20,000 nucleotides of DNA from Deltaproteobacteria bacterium (GTDB lineage Bacteria > Myxococcota > JACRCW01), in the NCBI GenBank assembly GCA_016218805.1, contig JACRCW010000064.1, positions 44,903 through 64,902 on the forward strand, given 5' to 3'. The notes below the pieces were generated by a model, which had not been told where the DNA came from, did no database searches, and saw nothing but the letters and a program-made list of their open reading frames with translations. The position numbers were made by a program, and so were the translations under genes. Numbering within the stretch: the first letter of the stretch is position 1; every line of letters starts with the position of its first letter. Shown one piece after another: positions 15,310 through 20,000 of this stretch.

Positions 15310-16662
15310 ATGACCAAGATGCAAAGCCGAGGTGTCCGCGCTGGTTTCATCGTCGCCATGTTGGTGGCGGCGGGCTGCCCCAGGAAGGGACCCACCTGCG
15401 GCGCCGGCACCACTGCCAACGACGAGGGTGTGTGCACCGCTCCGGCTCCCGCAGCCGGCCCGGTGTGCGGACAAGGCACCGTGGAATTCAGCGGGACATG
15501 TGTTCCCGTGGACGCGGGCCCCCCGACGACGTGCGGGACCGGGACCCACGAATCCGACGGTGGCTGCGTTCCCGACGACGGCGGCGCCACGCGGACGTGC
15601 GGGACCGGCACCCTGGAGGTGAACGGCGCGTGCGTTCCCGCGTCCGTAGACGGAGGACCGCGGCCCGATGGCGGCGGCGACGCGGGTGCCAGCGCGGATG
15701 CGGGCGTCCCGGTGTGCACGCCGGCGTGCGGGCCGGGGTTCTACTGCAGCGCGGACCAGGCGTGCCTCCCGACGCCAAGGCCCGCGTCGTGGTCGTGCTT
15801 CTTCGAACAGTATCGCGATGGCGATTCGTGCGACTGCAACTGCGGCGCGTTTGACCCCGACTGCGCCAACACGCTGCTCCCCGTCCACGGCTGCGCGTCC
15901 GGTCAGTGCCAGGGCGACGGGACCTGCGTGGCGTGCGCGCGCCAGTGCACCAACCGGCAGTGTGGCGACGACGGCTGCGGCGGTTCATGCGGGATCTGCA
16001 GCGCGCCGGGCCTCAACCGCTGCGCCAACGGCCTGTGCGTGGCATGCGTGGCCGATTGCGCGAACAAGCAATGCGGCGACGACGGGTGCGGCGGCACGTG
16101 CGGCGAATGCGCGCAGGGCCTGATGTGCAACGCCGGGCTGTGCGAGCCGCCTTCACCGGGCTCGTCGTGCCTGTTCGCCTGCGGTGGGCTCGCGCCCGAC
16201 GGGTGCTCGTGCAAGGGGGGCTGCCAGGAGACGGGCACCTGTTGCGTTGACGTGAACGTCTGTGGGTGCCTCCCCGCGTGCGAGGACAAGCGGTGCGGTG
16301 CGGACGGTTGCGGCGGTACCTGCGGCAGCTGCCTGGACGAGGAGGTCTGCACGGTGGAGCAGCTGTGCGTCGACAACCCGTGCGAACCCAATCCCTGCAC
16401 CGCCTACGGGGCGTGCAACGTCGTCGACGGCACCTGTACCTGCGGCACCGCCTACAAGGGGGCGACGTGCGATGCCTGCGCCGACGGCTACACGGGCTAT
16501 CCGAATTGCGTGGAGGACCTCTGCGCGGCGACGTCGCAGACCTGCTTTGGCCACGGGACGTGCGTGCCCTCCACGGGCTTGTGCGCCTGCGACACGGGCT
16601 TCACCGGTTCGCAATGCACGGAGTGCACCGCCGACGGCGGCGTGTACCCGAGCTGTCCGTAG
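15310..16662 (+). CDS. Cys-rich lipoprotein (~450 aa), paralog of the upstream gene, with SMB-like and two C-terminal EGF/laminin-EGF-like domains
   Basis: Starts 5 nt after the upstream stop (alternative ATG at 15319). Lipobox-like FIVAMLVAAG|C. Contains 4 CGxGT repeats and EGF-like CEPNPCTAYGACNVVDGTCTCGTAYKGATC and CFGHGTCVPSTGLCACDTGFTGSQC. Confidence 0.9.
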   Translation: MTKMQSRGVRAGFIVAMLVAAGCPRKGPTCGAGTTANDEGVCTAPAPAAGPVCGQGTVEFSGTCVPVDAGPPTTCGTGTHESDGGCVPDDGGATRTCGTGTLEVNGACVPASVDGGPRPDGGGDAGASADAGVPVCTPACGPGFYCSADQACLPTPRPASWSCFFEQYRDGDSCDCNCGAFDPDCANTLLPVHGCASGQCQGDGTCVACARQCTNRQCGDDGCGGSCGICSAPGLNRCANGLCVACVADCANKQCGDDGCGGTCGECAQGLMCNAGLCEPPSPGSSCLFACGGLAPDGCSCKGGCQETGTCCVDVNVCGCLPACEDKRCGADGCGGTCGSCLDEEVCTVEQLCVDNPCEPNPCTAYGACNVVDGTCTCGTAYKGATCDACADGYTGYPNCVEDLCAATSQTCFGHGTCVPSTGLCACDTGFTGSQCTECTADGGVYPSCP

Positions 16663-16704
16663 GACGCGCCACAACCCGGCGAAGTGCACCTGCCGCGTCG
16701 CGCG

Positions 16705-17127
16705 TCACGGAGCCGACGTGATGGTCAGTGACCACGCCCCTGCGGCAGAGTCGTATCTCTGGAAGGTGCACCGTTCTGCTCCTTCGCAGCGGGTGACCTG
16801 CAGGGGCTGCGTGGGGATGTGGATGTGGAGCGTGCCGGTCCCCGGCGGCATGCCCTCCGCCAGGCGGATTGTGACCCTGTTCCCTTCAATGGACACACGG
16901 CTCACCCAACAGCCGAGAAGAAGACCGACCTCGCCCGCGTCGGCAGACGGGACGTCCGCATCGCGGGGGCAATCCTGGAACACGGGGTATTCGAACCACA
17001 CCCGGCCACTTTGCAGCAGCACGTCCGTCGGCGGCTCGCGTGCAAACACCGGCTGCGCGCCGGACGCCACCACCGGCGGGAAGTCCGACGGCACGACCTC
17101 CGGATCCACCATGTTCCACTGCCGCAC
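16705..17127 (-). CDS. Hypothetical protein, possibly a 5'-truncated remnant
   Basis: 140-aa ORF with strongly G/C-ending codons and protein-like composition that fills the gap between two genes. The GTG start has no well-spaced RBS. Confidence 0.5.
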   Translation of the reverse strand: MRQWNMVDPEVVPSDFPPVVASGAQPVFAREPPTDVLLQSGRVWFEYPVFQDCPRDADVPSADAGEVGLLLGCWVSRVSIEGNRVTIRLAEGMPPGTGTLHIHIPTQPLQVTRCEGAERCTFQRYDSAAGAWSLTITSAP

Positions 17128-17206
17128 GGCCAGCGCGCCCGGATGCGGCTCCTCAAGCAGAGCGTCGGACCTCGAGCGGCGGTGGGTGGCTCTCGCCGGG
17201 ACCCAG

Positions 17207-18538
17207 TCAGGTGCGCTGCAGAAAGTCGATCATGGCTGGCACGATCAGCTCGTGCGCGTCCTCCTGCAGGTAGTGCCCAGCGTCGGGCAGCCGCAGCACC
17301 TCGGCGCCCGGGAAGTCGCCAAGCCAGAGTTCCTCAAGCAGGTCCGGCGTGAATCCGATGTCCTTCATCGCCCAGGCGATGAAGACCGGCTTCGCCCGGA
17401 AGGCCGCCAGGCCGACGTGGACGTCTTCGAGAAAGTCGGAGACCGGACCCACTGGACCGTTCGGGATGGACCGCGGGAAGGCCAGGACCGCGGTCCGCGA
17501 TGCCCAGGTTGGATGTGGCGCGAGGTAGGCGGCCCGCACCGGAGCCGTGAGGCGGTCAGGGTGCACAACCCCAGCGCGAAAGACCAGCAGGTGCACAAAG
17601 GCGTGAAGCCCCTTGACGAGCAGCTCACCGAGACCCGGAGTCCTGAAGAGCCGGAGCGGCAGGGGAAGCGAGACCGGCTTCGGCGGCCGGTGTGCGAAGC
17701 TGTTCATGATCACGAGGCTCCGCACCCGTTCGCTGTGGCGTGTGGCCCAGGACAGCCCGGTTGGACCGCCCCAGTCCTGCACGCCCAGCGTCGCATCGCG
17801 CAGGTCGAGCGACTCGAGCAGGGCTTCGAGCCGGCGCGCGTGGAGTTCGATGGTGTACCGGGCGATGGCATCGGGCTTGTCCGAACGCCCGAAGCCAAGG
17901 TGGTCGGCGACGATGACCCGGAAACCGGCAGCCACCAATGGTGGGATGAAGTTCCGGTAGAGGTAGCCCCAGGTCGGATTTCCGTGCACCAGCACGACGG
18001 GCCGCCCCGACCTGGGTCCCTCGTCGACATAGTGCATGTGGCCGTCCATCGTTTCGAACCACCTGGGCGAGTAGGGCCAGGTCCCGCTGAACGACCAGTC
18101 GACCTGATGGGTCATCGAGCCGCTCCGACCCCGGTCCGCCGCCGCGGCCAGCCGTCCCTCTTCAGCCCAGAAGCCGGCACGGCGGAGCCCGGCCAGCTGG
18201 AGCAACGCCACCGCCAGGACGGCCAGCGCCGTGACCCCGACCAACTCGGCGCGGGGCACCGGATGGAAGGCCAGCAAAGCCGCGCTGCCGATCACCCACC
18301 CAAGGTCCATGGCGGTAGCCGTCACCGCCCAACGGGAGGCGACGTGCCGGCTGACAGAGAGCAGGCCGAGCGCGAGGCCGTACCCGACCAGCAGGCTCCC
18401 GACCGCCTGCAGGAGCGGCGCCGGGAGGTCCAGCTGGTGGGGCAGGGTGTCCACCGAAGCCACCATGGCGACGCCGGTGGCGGCGGAGAAGAGCGCGTTG
18501 GCGCGGAGGGCATACCTGAGCAGTCGTGTTGAGTTCAT
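17207..18538 (-). CDS. 4-TM membrane domain fused in frame to a haloalkane dehalogenase/OleB-like alpha/beta hydrolase (hydrolase part 17207-18115)
   Basis: Hydrolase motifs MHYVDEG, HGNPTW, DHLGFGRSDKP, nucleophile elbow VQDWGG (Asp), WAMKD, DAGHYLQED. The first ~125 aa contain four hydrophobic helices. An internal GGAG plus ATG lies at 18115. Confidence 0.88.
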   Translation of the reverse strand: MNSTRLLRYALRANALFSAATGVAMVASVDTLPHQLDLPAPLLQAVGSLLVGYGLALGLLSVSRHVASRWAVTATAMDLGWVIGSAALLAFHPVPRAELVGVTALAVLAVALLQLAGLRRAGFWAEEGRLAAAADRGRSGSMTHQVDWSFSGTWPYSPRWFETMDGHMHYVDEGPRSGRPVVLVHGNPTWGYLYRNFIPPLVAAGFRVIVADHLGFGRSDKPDAIARYTIELHARRLEALLESLDLRDATLGVQDWGGPTGLSWATRHSERVRSLVIMNSFAHRPPKPVSLPLPLRLFRTPGLGELLVKGLHAFVHLLVFRAGVVHPDRLTAPVRAAYLAPHPTWASRTAVLAFPRSIPNGPVGPVSDFLEDVHVGLAAFRAKPVFIAWAMKDIGFTPDLLEELWLGDFPGAEVLRLPDAGHYLQEDAHELIVPAMIDFLQRT

Positions 18539-18573
18539 GGCCGGACGGTAAGGATCCCGCGGCGGCGGAGCAC

Positions 18574-18588
18574 TTCCCCCGGAGGTAA
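18574..18588. promoter_or_regulatory. Candidate operator: imperfect palindrome TTCCC-N5-GGTAA
   Basis: One mismatch from TTACC-N5-GGTAA. It lies in the 61-nt gap between the regulator and the membrane/hydrolase gene. Function is inferred from position. Confidence 0.4.
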
Positions 18589-18599
18589 AGGCCCGCGCC

Positions 18600-19406
18600 T
18601 CAGAACTTGCAGGAGGCGCCCAGGGCGCGGACCCGCTCCGCGGTTGAGTGGTCCGCGGGGAAGAACGACTCGATGGCCAGTTCCTCGACCGTCACGTCGC
18701 ACGGCGTTCCGAAGGTGGTGATGGTGGTGAAGAAGGCGAGCTCGCCGGTCTCGTGCCGGAGCCGGATCGGAAGCACCACGTTCCCCCGCTGCGGCGCCAC
18801 CTCCGCGAACGCGCCAAGGCCGGGATAGGCCTCGACCTCGCCCAGGAGATCGAGAAGCTCCACGTCTCCGGAAACCTCCACGTCGTGCCGGATCCGGCCC
18901 AGCAGGTGGCGCGCATACTCGTCGAAGTTGAGCACCCGGCGTCTCAGGCCGTCCCGGTGCAGGCTGAGCCGGTAGACGTTGACCGGCGGGGCAAGCAGCT
19001 CGGGCGCGACCCCTTCGGCGATGAGCGGGACGGCGCTGTTGCTCATCACCACGTTCCACCGCCGATCGACCGCGATGGCCGGGAACGGTTCGTGGTTCTT
19101 CAGGATCATCGAGACGGCGGCCCGTACCGCGCTCATCTCCGGGGCGCCGAGGTCACGCCGCTCAAAGGCTGGCGCAAACCCGGCCGCCAGCAGAAGCGCG
19201 TTTCGCTCGCGGAGCGGGAGCCGCAGGTGCTCAGCGAGCAGGTGGACCATCTCGCGGCTCGGCTGTGCGCGTCCGGTTTCAATGAAGCTCAGGTGTCGCG
19301 GCGACACCCGAGCCACCAATGCAAGCTGGAGTTGGCTGAGCCGGCGGGTGTGACGCCAGGTCTTGAGCCGCTCCCCGAATGGGACCTCCGCATCGAGACG
19401 GGCCAT
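18600..19406 (-). CDS. XRE-family HTH transcriptional regulator with an MmyB-like (PAS-like) ligand-binding domain
   Basis: N-terminal FGERLKTWR..RRLSQLQLA..VSPRHLSFIETGRAQPSREMV, then RERNALLLAAGFAP, HEPFPAIAVDRRWN, and TTFGTPCDVTVEELAIESFFPAD. Confidence 0.93.
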   Translation of the reverse strand: MARLDAEVPFGERLKTWRHTRRLSQLQLALVARVSPRHLSFIETGRAQPSREMVHLLAEHLRLPLRERNALLLAAGFAPAFERRDLGAPEMSAVRAAVSMILKNHEPFPAIAVDRRWNVVMSNSAVPLIAEGVAPELLAPPVNVYRLSLHRDGLRRRVLNFDEYARHLLGRIRHDVEVSGDVELLDLLGEVEAYPGLGAFAEVAPQRGNVVLPIRLRHETGELAFFTTITTFGTPCDVTVEELAIESFFPADHSTAERVRALGASCKF

Positions 19407-19464
19407 GGGGGTCGAGCGTAGCGGAGAACCGGGCGGTCGTTCGATGGCCGGGGGAAGGTGGGAG

Positions 19465-19540
19465 TTGCGCGGAGTGGCTCCGGTAGTTCCTCTTTGCCAT
19501 GCTGACTCCTCAGCCGCCCGTACTATCCATGGCGGCTACA
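19465..19540 (-). mobile_element. Possible IS left-end remnant with the first codons of an HTH transposase orfA (IS3/IS66-like)
   Basis: The minus strand reads TGTAGCCGCC..GGCGGCT-GAGGAG-TCAGC-ATG, then MAKRNYRSHSAQ, which resembles orfA N-termini before the frame loses coding character. Weak support. Confidence 0.3.
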
Positions 19541-19861
19541 AGAGTCACGTTCCGGGTGAGGCAACACACCCCTGAACGGTAGGCCGCGCATCCGGGTGAC
19601 CCGCTGACCACGCACCCCTTCGGCCCCGCAGAGCCGCCCGTCCGGCCTTCTGGAGACGCTGTGGTGTGCATGCATCGGCATCCCGGGCGGGAATCCTGCG
19701 CCGCGGCACTCTTCTCGGCAAGCGTCACCCTGCGCGGACCGGTGGTCCACGTCGTCAATGGGTCCTTGTCGGGCTTACGCGGCGAGGTCCGGCGGCCCCA
19801 TGGCCCGCGGGTGCACGGTGGCCTGCCCGCCAGGTAGCGCGCGATCTCCTCCTGGTCCTCG

Positions 19862-20000
19862 AAGCACATCCTCGACGAGGTCTCGGCATTGGAGGAACTG
19901 AAACTGGAGGCGCAGCAGGAGATGATCGCCCATGCGCGCAAACACACGGTATTCAAGGTGCTGACGACCTGCCCGGGCCTCGGCCCCGTGCGGGTGGCGC
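19862..20000 (+). pseudogene. IS110-family transposase fragment, 5'-truncated, running off the window
   Basis: The + frame from 19868 reads ILDEVSALEELKLEAQQEMIAHARKHTVFKVLTTCPGLGPVRVA, a coiled-coil followed by the LxTxPGxGP start of the IS116/IS110/IS902 domain. There is an in-frame TAG at 19835-19837, and no N-terminal DEDD domain is seen upstream. Confidence 0.75.

Noticed and set aside
2505..16330. Ferredoxin/Fe-S or metallothionein interpretation of the CxxC-rich repeats
   Set aside because: The proteins carry export signals and extracellular-type modules, so disulfide bonding is the simpler reading. No CxxCxxCxxxCP motif was noticed.
2205..16662. Diversity-generating retroelement explanation for the variable modules
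   Set aside because: No reverse transcriptase and no near-identical TR/VR pair differing at adenines were seen in the window.
16262..18532. 756-aa plus-strand ORF
   Set aside because: It overlaps the lipoprotein in another frame and is antisense to the well-supported hydrolase. Its Arg/Pro-rich composition is typical of shadow ORFs.

Overview
High-GC bacterial DNA whose protein content looks myxobacterial (Myxococcota-like; taxonomy is inferred, not shown). The core is a tightly packed four-gene + strand operon (2205-16662). Gene 1 is a secreted ~2955-aa Cys-rich mosaic protein with 14 CxxxCxxxxCGxDGCGGxCG repeats, 8 'GCC' modules, a somatomedin-B-like domain, three LamG-like domains (one apparently carrying a SUEL-type lectin insert) and a C-terminal amphipathic beta-sheet domain. 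Gene 2 is a Cys-free, N-terminally anchored protein resembling the vitellogenin-N/MTP beta-barrel plus HEAT-like helical domain. Genes 3 and 4 are paralogous Cys-rich lipoproteins with SMB-, LNR- and EGF-like modules. The most interesting hypothesis is a split bacterial large-lipid-transfer-protein-like system joined to a giant surface adhesin. To the left lie a REP/REPIN-like hairpin cluster, a membrane protein and a DHFR/RibD-C family gene. To the right lie a possibly truncated hypothetical gene, a membrane domain fused to a haloalkane dehalogenase/OleB-like hydrolase, an XRE/MmyB-like regulator and IS remnants, including a 5'-truncated IS110 transposase. All domain calls come from motif recognition by eye; no database searches were run.
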